Both the position numbers and the translations under genes were made by a program. A model generated the notes under the pieces. That model was not told the DNA's origin, searched no databases, and saw only the letters and a list, made by a program, of their open reading frames with translations. 64,000 nt of DNA from Octopus sinensis (lineage: Eukaryota). This document shows, in pieces, positions 14,238-27,445 of the stretch (the first letter of the stretch is position 1; each line of letters starts with the position of its first letter). The DNA is taken from NCBI RefSeq assembly GCF_006345805.1, contig NW_021832374.1:248001-312000 (forward strand), in the 5' to 3' direction.

Positions 14238-14768
14238 ATGAGTGGCCGTGGATATCCTGCTAGTGTAGTAGAACAGAAAATATGGACGGAATTAATTGAT
14301 AAGGAAAGAGATGCCCGTCTTGCTCATTTTTACAAAACAGGAAAAGAACCAACAACCGAATCAAGGCAGTTTCAAGTTTCCAAGCAAAAGCTAGTAGATA
14401 ACACTATCGAATTTGAGGAAAATGAAAATGTTATGCGTAAAATTAAAGAACAGTACGAAGCTGAGAAAAAAATAGTCAAGAATCCAGAAGAGATAGAAAA
14501 ACTGGCGAATAATTTGGTTTCTTATATGATGGAGCCAGATTCAAAAGACAAGAAATTACTTTTTAAAGGAAATGACTCCAGAAATAACTATTTAAACCAG
14601 CGAAATATTTTGCCTCCTGAAGAAAAATATCACTATCCTATACTTTCTTCGTGGACATATGGATGGAAACTCAACGAATATTTAGATTTCTCTACCATAA
14701 AATCTCCCGAATTCGCTCGAGGAAATATAGTGAAGGACACGTTTTACAGAAGAAATGGCGTGACGTAA
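14238..14768 (+). CDS. Sperm/ciliary microtubule inner protein SPMIP1 (ATP6V1FNB)-like
   Basis: Intronless 176 aa; W.E.I.KE...R at the N-terminus; PEEKYHYPILSSWTYGW and FARGNIVKDTFYRRNGV at the C-terminus match the family as recalled. Confidence 0.75.
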   Translation: MSGRGYPASVVEQKIWTELIDKERDARLAHFYKTGKEPTTESRQFQVSKQKLVDNTIEFEENENVMRKIKEQYEAEKKIVKNPEEIEKLANNLVSYMMEPDSKDKKLLFKGNDSRNNYLNQRNILPPEEKYHYPILSSWTYGWKLNEYLDFSTIKSPEFARGNIVKDTFYRRNGVT

Positions 14769-15879
14769 GTCGAAATTTCTATTTAAAAATAATAGATGGT
14801 AGAAATCATTATCAGAATCTTATTTTACTAACAAGAATAACAAAACTAATTCAATAAATTTATTTTTCATGAATTTAGGTACTATAAATGTTAACCGAGG
14901 ATGTTGACCATTAGCCACAAAAGAGAGTATGTACGATTAAATATTGAAAAATAAAGTGGTTGGGTTTTTTAATATTTTGTTGTTCAACACGTAGGGCTAG
15001 AGACAGTCCAAAGAGTTGCGAACCCATCAATTCCAATCGATATTTAGATCGTAAAAATATGCATTTAGGTGGATATAGATTATTGACAACAGTAAATCCG
15101 ACATCGTAGTCCACGATAAAGTCACGAGATAAATTATTTTCGTGATGTGGGTATCACAGGCCTAGATTGTTTTCAGACAGTAAAAATGTAAAAGAGGCGG
15201 AATGATAATCTCTTCGAAAATCAGCTGGGGCTAAAATTTAAATTTTAAATCATTCCTTCTGTGATTGGACAGATTTCCCTACAGGCTTATTTGTAGTAAA
15301 CAAGACCTCGTTTGCTGTTCGCCGATTTAGTAAAAAGGAAGGTGATGGACTGAAGTTTCTTGGAGGTTTACAGATCAGTTTTATTATTTTAATAAAAATA
15401 TAATGATTTGAATATCTTGTTGTATATTTTTAGAAATGTTTATTCTCTGATATTCAAGCACTTAGTGACCAAAGAAATAAGAAAGACTGGAATTATTCCA
15501 TAACGACAGTTTCGAACCAAACTCAATACTAAATGATTCCAAAAGAAAAGCTGTATATGTAACTCAAAAACAATCAGCGTCGACATTTTGGACATGACTT
15601 AAAACTAAATCGCGAAACACTATGCAATGTCATCGTGGGAGAGGCGGCTCCAATTCCAATGAAAACCATGAATTCTGGAGAGACCAAGACGCAAAATACC
15701 AGTTAGCATAAGAAACTATCGGAGGATTGGAATGAAGTTCACTCTCTGAGTGATTCAACAATTTAAAAATTTTAATTTATTCAAATTCTCTTTTTGGGGT
15801 CAAATTCGGTCTTTTTGGGAATGTCCTGAGGGTTTTTCTTCCCATGAACGAATTTTTCTATTTGTCTCGTGAACGGTAA

Positions 15880-16300
15880 AGTTATAATCAAAGACGATGT
15901 ATTTGAGAATGTTCTTGAAAAAATACATCTTTTAATAAATTGAATCTGTTCTTTAAAAATAAATTTGAAAACTTTCAAATTGACCCTGATTCTCTAACTC
16001 TCCCGAAAACATGTTTCATCAAATATTTTTCGCATAATTCATGCATCGCGGTATTCTTGAATTCTTTTTTATTGTCCGTGTGCAGAATGACCAAAGGCCC
16101 TAAATAATTTAAAGCTTAGTACAATAGATTTCTTATTTCTTCGGCTGTCTTCGTTTGTGCCATTGCCAAACCATATTTTTAGAAAAAGAGTCCATAATTA
16201 CTAAAATCTAAAAATATGAATCAAATGTGATACCCGGCAAAAAGAATCATTTAGGGAGGAATAACGTCCAAGATCTATCAAGTCGGCAAGTAATAATTAT
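15880..16300 (-). mobile_element. Degenerate retroviral-type (rve) integrase fragment, Polinton- or Ginger-like
   Basis: LADLIDLGRYSSLND, VIMDSFSK, TKTAEEI and GPLVILHTDNKKEFKN..MHELC motifs across frameshifts and stops. Confidence 0.6.
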
Positions 16301-16631
16301 TTTTTACTAGGGATGATATTATCTATTAACTTAAAATAATTCGATCGTCACCTATTTTATAAAGATTACATTTTTATTTTAATCAAAAGTAGTCGGAAAT
16401 GACATCTTATTTTTTAAACAATTTAACCTATCAATAAACAAATTTGAAATAAAGTTCAAGAACCAAATCAAATAAAAAATTAAAAACCGCTTTAATCATA
16501 AAATTCGAAAAATAATCAGATAACACGAAAATTATCCTTCGCTTATTTCACCTTCCGATTTCTTTGAAAACTAAAAGAAATATAACCCCAACCATATCAA
16601 TTTGTGCATTCATTTCACTAGAAGGAACATT

Positions 16632-18950
16632 CTAAAAATCAACTGAGACATCTACACTAACTTCGTTATTTTGCTGATATTTCGGTCTCTTTGATTTACG
16701 CTCCTCTATTTGAATAAAAATAACCCAAAAACACTCACGACTGACTCGAGAATTTGATTTTCTACGATGCTTCCTTCGTTCTAAATGACGCCCTTTATCG
16801 TCGGAATTCTCCATCTTGGGTCGTTTACTCCCAACCTCATCCGAATGCTGCCCAATTTACAAATCTAAACAACTGATTCAGACTTTCTGGAGTTTCCATG
16901 TCTCCTATAGCGTCTTTCCTTCTCTTCCAATCGAACATCGCCATTTCCTGTCTTGAGAGAGTCCAGGTAGTCCACGAATAACTGTTTCTGTTCTTCGGGA
17001 TCTTCAACCGCCAAAAAGGCCGACTCATCTTCAAAATGATGTTTGACGTCTTCCCACGATGTAGAGACGTCGATGGTGTGAGAACTCCTTCTGAGCATAT
17101 TCAAAAAGGAATTTGAACATTTTTTCTTCTTTAATATTAGTCGATATACAAATCAAAAACCTTTCTATATTCTTCCTTCGCCACTTCCCGTTCCTTGATT
17201 TTGATTCGTTCAATAAACTAACAATAAAATAAAGTTCAAACAGAATTATAAGCCATTTTTATATTTCCTTTGTCCAAAGTGGATCCACGTTGACTTTTAG
17301 ATATTATGTCAGTGAATTCCTCCAAGGTTGTCTCAACAGAAACCGAAAATTCAAATTCTTTAAAGATATCTTTAATGATTTTCTTTTCATCGTAATATTT
17401 GTTTTTGATGTCATTCACAAACAGCTTGAACAAATCCAGCGGACCGGATCCTACAACTTACAACCCAACTTCACCATTCTGAGAAAGAAGATTTTTAAAC
17501 TGTGATTTCGTCTTGATAAAATCAACGACATCAACCCAAAGAGACGTCGAATCTAACATTCCGTCACTCTGCATTCCATTCAACAATTCCTAAAACAGTC
17601 AGAACTACTCACAAATAATATTCTTGAATATAAAACCAACAATGTAGGCTTCTCTGTTCTTCCTTTCAAGTCGGCGGGAATTCCGTTTCTCCAGCGTCCG
17701 CAAATCTTCATATTCTTGCTCCAAGTGTCGAATATGTTCCTGAAACACGACGAGGGCATCCTCCTTGTCCATATCTAATATATTCATCAAAAATCAACAA
17801 ACCCTGAACTTCTGGATTTTCCTGAAATTCTGGCAAATCGACGAGACATGTCTGCAGTTCTGACCACGTAGTAGAATATGCAAGTGAAGGAATTTTCTTC
17901 AGAATGGATTTAAACGCAGATTGACTTGATCTTCTGATTCTCTTGATCTCATCCTTCGATTAACAAAACTATTTCCCCACCTTTTCCCGCTTTAATACAA
18001 AATTCATGGAATCTTTGAATATGTCATATCTCTCCGACTCGGGAAGAAGTTTCCACGAGTCCAATCCGCAATATCTCCTCTTTGCTCTCCTACAAGTCAT
18101 AGGAATAGACAACTTGTAGGTCATTCTTCCAGAAATATCGGGAGAAGTCAGGAAAGATTTGAGATCTTCTCGGGCTTTCCGCATGCTTTGTCGATATTCT
18201 TCCTATTTTTATTTCTTTGAAAGAAAAACATGTTCTTGACGACTCTTTTCCAATTTGTAGACATGGTAGACTTGTTTTTTCTGAGATACGCTCGAAACAA
18301 GATCAAATCGTCGATCATCGTCGATAATCTGCATTGCTTGTTCCCACGTGTAGTTGGAAGGGACATTCTAATTTCGAAAACCACAAAACAAGTACTTTAT
18401 CGAATAAAAGTTGTTTGAATTCAGCAATGGCATCTTTCCTTGCAAGTTGTTTAGAAAATGACCTATCAAAGTGACATAAAGTGCACAAACTCCGGCATTG
18501 GAGTGTAGCTCTTCTCTCCATCCAAGAAACCACTTCGAGCCTTCATTATTTCTTCCTGCTCTCTCAAAGCTCTAAACACAAAAATTCAAAAAGTACTTTT
18601 CTCTTTCATCAAATTCGAATAGTTCTCCTATTTTAGAATTAAATGTGTATTTTTAATACTTTCAATCTCAAATAGCTCTCGCGGCTTTTCCCATTGGGTT
18701 GTTCCCGTGACTTTATTGTGGTAGTAGTTCCGACCATTGTTATTGGTGTACTCTTTCCAGATAGACTTGGCTTGAATAAGCTGAATATTATTTTGCAGGT
18801 AGGAAACCTCTCTTGGAGTCATCAGTTCCATAGGTTTATCCCACGTTGATACTTTAGTGACTTGGTTAAAGTAATATGTTCGGTTATCGGATGTTTCATG
18901 TTCTGTCCATTCCTAGTGATGACTTAATTATAGAATACTGGTTCTGTCCT
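16632..18950 (-). CDS. PRPF40: Pre-mRNA processing factor 40 (two WW domains plus FF repeats)
   Basis: [26 protein letters not shown] and [28 protein letters not shown] domains, AIAEFKQLL and other FF-repeat segments, and a basic C-terminus. Many 20-30-nt introns. Start codon not resolved. Confidence 0.9.
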
Positions 18951-19399
18951 AGAAATGAATTAATAAATTAAAAAAGCATTTATTATTATGTTATCAATAA
19001 ACTAATGAATATATTATATCTAAGTAGACCCACATAAAGAAATGTGTTTAAATAATCAATTTATTAATATTATTAAAATATTTTTATATGATTTAATATC
19101 TCTATTTTAGAAAAAAGCATATAAACGATTTCACCAAAGGAAGAATTATCCTTTATATCCGGGATGTCAAAATGTGCGGCCGGTGAGTTGATGACAAATG
19201 GAAATCACAATTTTCTCAGGTTAATCCATTTTTCACGTGATTCCAAACAAAACAGAAAAAAAAAACAGAAAAACAGTTTATATGAAACCTTGAATATTCC
19301 AAAAACAGTGAACTTTGGAACAGGTTGATTAAACGTGTATTTATAAAAAAATTCAAGTAAAGATTCGAATGTAATCCAACACCACAGATTGGTTTGGAT

Positions 19400-19760
19400 T
19401 GAAATTTTATTAAATAATAAAAATCATGGCATGAAAATGTTTTTATTTTAACTCCGTTGGAGAATTAGTTATTGTTGACAGAACGTTGAATTCTGTGAAA
19501 TATTTAAACTTTGAGTCAACAGAGATCATTTGCAAGAATGGGACTTGTTTTCAACAGGATAACGCACCGTGTCATACAGGGGAGTTAATTATAAATTAAT
19601 TTGATAAAGAAAATATAAAAACACTAGACTGGCTATCCAGTCACCTGATATGAGTCCAATTGAGCATTTGTGGGTTCATATGAAAACTGAACAATGTAAA
19701 ATGGATTTGAAAATGTTGAGGAATTAAAGGAGGAAATTTGGGGAAGTATTCCTTAATTTT
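19400..19760 (+). mobile_element. Tc1/mariner transposase DDE fragment (degenerate)
   Basis: FQQDNAPCHTG at about 19549-19580 and QSPDMSPIEHLW at about 19639-19674. Confidence 0.8.
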
Positions 19761-20182
19761 ATACTGGAAAATTTTTTTATGAAAATGTCAATACTAAACA
19801 ATTTATTTTCGCAAAAAATTTCACACAGTAATCTAAAAAGAATCCTCCGTGCAGGTTCTGGAAAAAATAATAAAAAAAACTCACAACTTGATTTAGTTTT
19901 CGATCTTTTTTTAAGCAGTAGAACTGAAACTTTTCTTTAAAATAACAATGTAATTTACTATAACAAATCGTTAGAATTAACTTACACAAATTTAATATAT
20001 AATTGATGAATAAAATTGATTTAGTTATATTAAAAATAAAAAAGTAATTTTTTTGAATTAATAAAAATAAATCATATAGTATTGTGTTCCTGCGCTCTCG
20101 TTGTTTCATGTTAGTTAGTTATAACTGATACATTTTCTTCTATATTATCAATTAATTCCAAAATATAGTTGAATAATATTTG

Positions 20183-21505
20183 ATGTCAACTTATAAAAAA
20201 CATTTAACACGTTTTGACAAGTCAAAACTGTTTTTATACGACGACAAACTTGATCAGACTCCGTCAAGAGCAGTCCAAATTTCTTATAGGACAGAATACT
20301 ATTTCCGTCAAAAGATGGCATGTTTTATTCACACAATGTCCAACCACCTGGAATGGTAGTTAACTTCCTTCCTATTTAGTAATCATCTCACTCGAATGAC
20401 AGCAATCCGTATTTTGCAGTGTTTTTATATGAAACAACCCATCAATAAATTCCCAAAAGAGGTTTATAACTATCCAACCACTCTTTCAAGTATGTTGGAG
20501 CCGCCTGCGTTCTTTTGGCTTCAAAATACGAAGACTACAATCGTATATTGGCAGAGGTCGTGAGAGTGTTTTGTCTGATGGTAAAAGATCCTAATTCCAG
20601 CAAAAAGTTTAGCGAATTTCAAATTAAGGTTTATTTTTGATTGAATTGTCAGTCATTTGGCGACAAAATTGTGATAATCGAATCTTTCATTCTCCATACT
20701 TTAGGTGTGTGTTTAAAATAAGATTATAGACTTTGATATTAACTACATCCATCCTCATTATTATATAGTCAAAGCCTACAGAGAATATTCATGTAGTTTT
20801 GTCATTTTTGATATCGATAGCCACACACGGAGTTTTACCCTTCAAGGTCGCCAGCATGTTGGCGTCGGCTAGGTTTAATAATAAGGGGACAGATTAGTAT
20901 TTCCATGTCCATGTTGCCCAATCAGTGTTCTCCGGGATTGATCGCCTGCGCTTGTTTTTACATGTCGGCTCTTCATACTTCTAATAATGTTGTATTTCTT
21001 GTTTATTTGGGTAGTCTGTTTTGCAGTTGGTTTCCCAGTTGGCCACTAAATGGACACTTTCTGAAGATAGGGCTGATTATAAGCGTTTTATTATATTTTA
21101 AATTGCTAGAGGTTGCAAAACATTTCCATAGGATAATTATGTCTACTCCTATTCCAGTAAGGAAACAACTCATGTTTACAGTAACTGTTCATTATAAGAT
21201 TCTCTTTGTAGTTGACTGGTGGAATTTTCTCAGTTATATCGACTGATTCGGACATATCAGATAGTTCTAAGAGTTGGCCTTCGTGTCCAGATTCAACTCA
21301 TGTTGATGTCATGGGCGATTCGACTGGGAAGACTGATTCATTCGTCGAAATGAATCATAAGACAACTCAGAGCATGTTTGGTAAAACGGTTGGAAAGGAT
21401 AAGAATAATGGTCCGAGTGGATTACTGACACATTTTGGTAATATTTCAAAGAGAGTCAAATATGAAAATTCGTCGGTAAATTTGAAAATGCCAAACTTTC
21501 AGTGA
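20183..21505 (+). CDS. Transcriptional cyclin, cyclin T-like
   Basis: LDQTPSR...FRQKMACFIHTM...TAIRILQCFYMKQ ~ CCNT1 LENSPSR...YRQQAANLLQDM...TAIVYMHRFYMIQ; IESFILHTLGFDINYIHPH ~ LESIILQTLGFELTIDHPH. The ATG at about 20183 is in frame only if an A5 run near 20195 is really A6. Confidence 0.8.
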
Positions 21506-21736
21506 TTTTTTTACTTTGTGAATTATTTTTAATAACTTATTTGTGTGAATTGTCTAATTTTGAATTCTAGGGAAGGAAATATTTCTTTATTATTTAAAAA
21601 ATTGATTTCCTAAAAAATCGGTAAATAATTAGATTTATTGTCTGCGAGGTTTGGTTTAAAATATCAAACGCCAAATTTTAATAGACAATAGACGTTAATT
21701 GTATATAACTTTAGCTAGACTATTTAATTTAGATTC

Positions 21737-22060
21737 TCAGTCCCGATTATTGGAAATCTCTTTCCTTTTTTTAGAAGAAGAGTTTGCAACCAGTTCGTCC
21801 ACACTCTCCATCTCCCGGTCAGGTAGATTTTCTATTTGTCTCATATCTTTCACTGACGTGTCACGGCAGCATGCCACTTCTGCAAGCTGGTAAGCAGCAG
21901 AGGTGTATTCTTCGGCAGATACTCTCACTCCATGTCTGTGTTCAACTACCAAAAAAATATCACAAATAATTGACAGGATTTAATAAACAATGATTCTGAA
22001 ATAGGTCACGAGATTTTTCAAATTAATTTAAACTATTGCATCATCAAAGTTTTGTACAAC
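21737..22060 (-). CDS. Small hypothetical protein
   Basis: ORF 21737-21952 has coding-like composition and is preceded by a 29-nt GT-AG intron-like segment. No family recognised. Confidence 0.35.
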
Positions 22061-23452
22061 TCATTTATTTGCACTTTTTTAAATTGTCAATATCGAGCGG
22101 ACAAATTGAAGTGGAGCATAATGTACCTGATTTCTATGATTTTATATCAACTTAATAGTTTGAAATGTTTATGGATCTGAAGTTTCTTAATCAAAACCTG
22201 TACTCTCTTCATAAATTTACACTTAAAGATATCAGAAATTTTTTATAGGAATTAGTCATATTTATGCGAGAATTTAATTTCTAATTTCAAAGAAAGCAAA
22301 CTCTTTTGCCCACAAAACATTACTCAGATTAAATGCATGCCGTGCGTATTTAAACTGGTGTGAATTAAAGTTCCACTTGTAATTAAAAACACTGTCAAAG
22401 AGCATAAGCACTTTTAACAAAGCATAGGAAAACTAATTATTTTGTATATGAATTGATGTAAGAATACTTTAACCAATAAGCTACTTTCTTATCTTTCTTT
22501 ACAAATAATTCCCTATTTATCGGTGATTTGAAGCTTTTTTAAAGAAAGTAGACATTGGTTTGATTGGGGAAGTAGACTTTTAATTTAAATTATCTGGTTT
22601 GGAAAAGAATTTCTAGAAACCAGAGAAAATTGTTATTTAAATAGAAATCATTAAGAATTAGTGATGGGTTAGATAAGTAAGTGCTAGAAAGCAGTTGAAG
22701 CAAAGTAGTTATAAAGAATTAGTCAAAAATATCAAGAAGTAATCAAAATCGTATGACAAGACTATTTGCCAAAACTAAACCAAGTCAATCAATCTATTTA
22801 AAGAAGTGTGGTCGGCCTGAGCAAGATGTCAATTCGGAAAAGCAAAAATAAAAATTACACAATCATTTTATGCTTTTTACCAGTTCTCCCTAATAATTGA
22901 TTTACCACGTTTTAAAAAATAGAAGTTTTCATTAGAAATAGGCTTTTCATTACCCCCTGTTATAAATGAAACATTTTTAATAGCTTTTATACTTTAATAA
23001 TTTAGAGTTATATTAAAATTATTTTCAAATTAAAGAAAGAAGTTTGCATAAAAAGAATATTTCCTCTTTTCTAGGAATTGAAACCCACTATAACTAAAAT
23101 AAACCAAACTGACATTTGATTTTATAAAATTTTTGAATGAAACGTCGTGTTCCATGCAAACAACTTCTTTTCTAATATGTAATATTTTACATCTGTTGCT
23201 AATTAAAATTATCTTTGAATCAATTTTTTGGTTTTCTTTTAGACCCTAGATGGAACTATAAAATGATATTTAACTAACAAAAACAGCAGAATATTCAAGC
23301 TTCTTAATATTCAAAAATATACATTTGCCTAATTGAATTGTCCCATTTTTATTTTTTCTTAATTTATTTGACGGAATTGATGTCTTTGGCCTTCCTGGGG
23401 GAATAACGCTATTTGATTTATATATTCTCTGGCTGTCTAAGTATATCAATTA

Positions 23453-23827
23453 CTAAGATATACGAAAAGTAGAGTTGTATAAAAAATCAAGGCAATCTGA
23501 TTTATAAGCGATTGATCTATTTTTGAACTTAGGACCTTCATCATTTTGAGTATTCAAACATTTTAATGAAGATTGCTGAATATCTACAACCATGTTGGCA
23601 TCTCCCTTAAAAATAATAGTGACTAAGTAAACTGAAATAACAATATAAATCCAGTCTGTATTTCTCATGTCTTCAACAATAATTTCATTTTGTCTATATG
23701 AAAAAACAAACCATTTATTGATAAAGTCGTCATATAATTTTGTAATAAAAGATTCAAAAATTCCACAGGCAGAACTAAAAGTATTTTTGAGTAATTTTAA
23801 CAAAAAATTTCGTGAAATAGTGTGCAC
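23453..23827 (-). CDS. Hypothetical ORF
   Basis: A 124-codon open frame in very AT-rich DNA; no motif recognised. Confidence 0.25.
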   Translation of the reverse strand: MHTISRNFLLKLLKNTFSSACGIFESFITKLYDDFINKWFVFSYRQNEIIVEDMRNTDWIYIVISVYLVTIIFKGDANMVVDIQQSSLKCLNTQNDEGPKFKNRSIAYKSDCLDFLYNSTFRIS

Positions 23828-25157
23828 TTTTCGGTCATTTATTTTGAATATCTCTTTAAAATCCTGACAAATTTATAAATAAAATTAGAACTTTTTTGTG
23901 AAGAAATAATAGTATGCAATTCGTCTCAGTTACTATTGAGCAATCACGACGAATATTACACATAATTTCCTCGAACTATAATTTTGAGAGAACCAAATTA
24001 AATTAAAAATACCCCCATCATTGAACCTGTTTGTAGTGTTATATTCTTTTTATACAATTTGAAAATTTTTTTAACTAAATATTATGTAGTACTCAAGTTT
24101 ACCATTTCCGAAAATGATAATGGAAAGGAAATCTGCGTATCTATTATCGGCGTGAATTATAGTATTTGGTTTATATCTATATTTAAGCAAATGTAATAAA
24201 TTGAAACTCGATAAATAAACTCTTCTTAATTATATTTTTTTGTATAAAAAATGAGAAATTTCTGAAAGCTTTGCTTTTTTCATACGTAACACTGAACAAC
24301 TAAAAATAAAGTTGTAGAAAATACAATTTCGTTATTTTTTTCGTTTCGAATCGTCGGTACATACGAAACTGCCTTTTTGATTTGTTCCATATAAGTCTAA
24401 TAATGATTTTAAGCGATAACTAAAACAAATACCGATGTATATATGTTAGAATGGAAATCAAAAGTATTAAATTTTAGTAGTTTTAATGTTTCATTTTCAT
24501 TTTCAGACCGAAACAAATAGCATTTTGTAAGGTCCAAAGTTTCTTCGTTTTGTATATTATTTGAATTTAAATCACACTCAACATCTTTACGATTTTTACA
24601 TCTATTATTAATCAATAATATAAACATTAATTTCCATTTTATAATGATTGTTGCTAAAGTACAAAAATTTTTCAAAACAATTTTTAGATGATATTTCGAC
24701 TAATAGATTGTTTAAAAATCACATTTTAAAACCAAAAGATTTTCATTTCTTCTCACGATATTAACAAAATGGTGGTTTTTTCTGATTGTCAACTTGGCTT
24801 TTAAAGTATATAGCATTGCTTCAAAGTTTTCGTTTAACATAATATAATATACTTCTTATCTATAGGGATCATCTATTTAAAAAAGCATAAATTAATGGCG
24901 AATTACTGTGTTATAACTATTTTTCGAAATTTAGTGGTTTAATATAGAATTGTTTTACGTCAGAAGGTCAACCAAAAAGTGCATAATACTACAATTAAAT
25001 TGTGGTTTTGAAAATGTGCTCCAATAATTCTTAATATGTAAATGGAACATTAGACATTTTTTATAAAAATAAAAACTAAAAATTGAGCTCTCATTTATGA
25101 AGTTTTTATGTGAGAATATTAACACTTTCTATAAAAATTTATTAATTGACATTTTAC

Positions 25158-25586
25158 GACATAAATAATTATTAAAAATGACATAAATTTCATACTTTAA
25201 TTTTCTTGTAATACTAAAAATCATGGGATTTCGTTAAAACATGGGACATAAATAATTATTAAAAATGACATAAATTTCATACTTTAATTTTCTTGTAATA
25301 CTAAAAATCATGAGATTTCGTTAAAACATGGGACATAAATAATTATTAAAAAAGACATAAATTTCATATTTTAATTTTCTTGTAATACTAAAAATCATGG
25401 GATTTCGTTAAAACATGGGACATAAATAATTATTAAAAATGACATAAATTTCATACTTTAATTTTCTTGTAATACTAAAAATCATGAGATTTCGTTAAAA
25501 CATGGGACATAAATAATTATTAAAAATGACATAAATTTCATACTTTAATTTTCTTGTAATACTAAAAATCATGGGATTTCGTTAAA
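25158..25586. repeat. Tandem minisatellite, 87-bp unit, about 4.9 copies
   Basis: Unit starts gacataaataattattaaaa at 25158, 25245, 25332, 25419 and 25506. Confidence 0.95.
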
Positions 25587-25879
25587 TATTTTACATAAAG
25601 ATTTCGTTTATATTTGTCTAATTGATAAAAGGAGTTTGTAAAATTCGCTTTTGATAAATTTTAAGAAATTTCAAATGATTATCTAGAATGCAGTTGGATA
25701 GGAAATTTCAAAAGTAATCGGTTTTAATAATATTATTAGTAGCACTTTCACGAGAGCCATAATGTTTATAACGCGAACGGAGCAAACGATATTAAAGAAG
25801 TAATTAGATTGCTCCAAGTTTTCCTGTTCTAAGCTAGGTTCTTCAGAGGGTCTAGATTGTCACCAGATGCCAATGTTTT

Positions 25880-27040
25880 TTTCACGGTTTTGTAAAATGA
25901 TAGAGAGGGTAGTTCTCGGTCTTGCACGAAAGCGTCCTCCATTAGAGGAGGGGTAGTAATTCTACATCGCGATGTTTCCAAAAAGTCTTCAACGAGAGCT
26001 AATGATTTGGCGACTTATTGGCGTACAGTCACACCTATTGTACAGTCTACTCAGCGAGATCATGGATGGCCACGACACTCCATTTATGTTTCTAAGATGA
26101 TTCCTGTGAAAAGAGTCGAGCCTTTCCAATTCCTTCTTTGTTGTGCCACAGGTCCCGGAGTTTATAGGAGGATAGGTTTGATAAATGTGTCCTATAGCGT
26201 TATCTTTTGTTTATGTTATTCCCTTTCTTTTTTGGGCATAGGTTTTTCAGCCTTTGTAATGCCCCGTTTGCCAGGGTTTTCCTTCGTATGATATCTTCAC
26301 TGTCTCCTAATAAAGAACCAAGTTTCTTAATGTTCCTCCATTTCTCTTCGAGTGGGTTGTTTATTCGTATTATTTCTGTTCATTCTGTTTTTTCCCCGTT
26401 CACGGTGAGGAACCATTTCCCAAGTATATCTGGTGCTTTTCTAGTACATTTTCCAGGAGTTCTTTGTCTTCAGGAATTAGGCCGAGAAGTGTTTGTGTTT
26501 GTTTCAAATTTCCTTGAGTAGATTTTCCAACTATCATAAGGAGTTCTGTGTTAGATAGAAGGTGTGGGTCATTCTTACACTCGATAATCCCTTCCAGTAC
26601 TGTCATCAGTTGTTCCTGTTAACCGAGTCAAAGTCTTTTGATAGAGGTAATCCCGAAATGTGGGTGACATTGCAATATTTTTGATGTGTCGTACATCTCC
26701 ATCTGTGACTCCATACTGCATCAGTTGTTGATCTTCCTTCTCTGAACCCATTTTGATAGGCTGGTCCTATTATTTGTCCAATAAAATGTTAGCTAAGACT
26801 TTCCGTAGAAAATTTGATAATATAATTGGTCGTAGGCTTTTAACCACTCCTTTGGGTTTATTCGGTTTTGGTATAAGTATTAGTAATCCCGTCCTCAGAG
26901 GTAAAGTTGAGTTAGTTGAAAACATTTCTTTTAGTAGTGTAGCGATTTTTTCAAAAAGAGTTAGGATCATATTTTAGTAATTCTGGGTTTATCGTATCTG
27001 GTCCAGGGGTTTTGTTATTTTTTACCAAGTCAGTGATTCT
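25880..27040 (-). mobile_element. Degenerate non-LTR retrotransposon RT region (RTE-like)
   Basis: KTPGPDTINPELL, GLLILIPKPNKPKG..KSLRPIILSNFLRKVLANILL, KKLGSLLGDSEDIIRRK and RLFGNI motifs; many stops and frameshifts. Confidence 0.75.
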
Positions 27041-27445
27041 CAAGCTTCTTTACTCAGGGGCCGCAAATAATTTTTAACAATTATTTATTAGTCAACTTAA
27101 TTTAAATACTAAAAACCTGAAATCTTGCATCAAATTGTGAATTGATATCTTCAATTATTTTTAAATATTTATCAGTTGAGAAATTTTCTGACAAATAAGG
27201 AAAATGTGTGCAATCATTATTTACGCTTTCCATAAACTTAACTTCCTAGCGAAGGCATTGATATATCCATAAATTTGGTAATTTAGCTTATTTTCTGCTA
27301 ACCATCCATTATCTTTCAATAATGCATTGTCCACTTTATTTTCAGTGAATAAAATAATTTCAGGAAGAAGTTGATAAAATCTACATATAAAAATAAGTCT
27401 AATAATTCGTCTTAACTGCCATTTTTTAATTTCTATTGTATAGTG

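Noticed and set aside
14880-15780. Possible Polinton DNA polymerase remnant next to the integrase fragment
   Set aside because: Only a short SGWVF-like match; no continuous reading frame or polymerase motif.
23060-23100. tRNA T-loop-like motif (gtttcaattcc on the minus strand)
   Set aside because: No cloverleaf, D-arm or acceptor stem could be built.
25158-25586. CRISPR-like array
   Set aside because: The units are contiguous 87-bp repeats with no unique spacers, no cas genes are present, and the context is eukaryotic.
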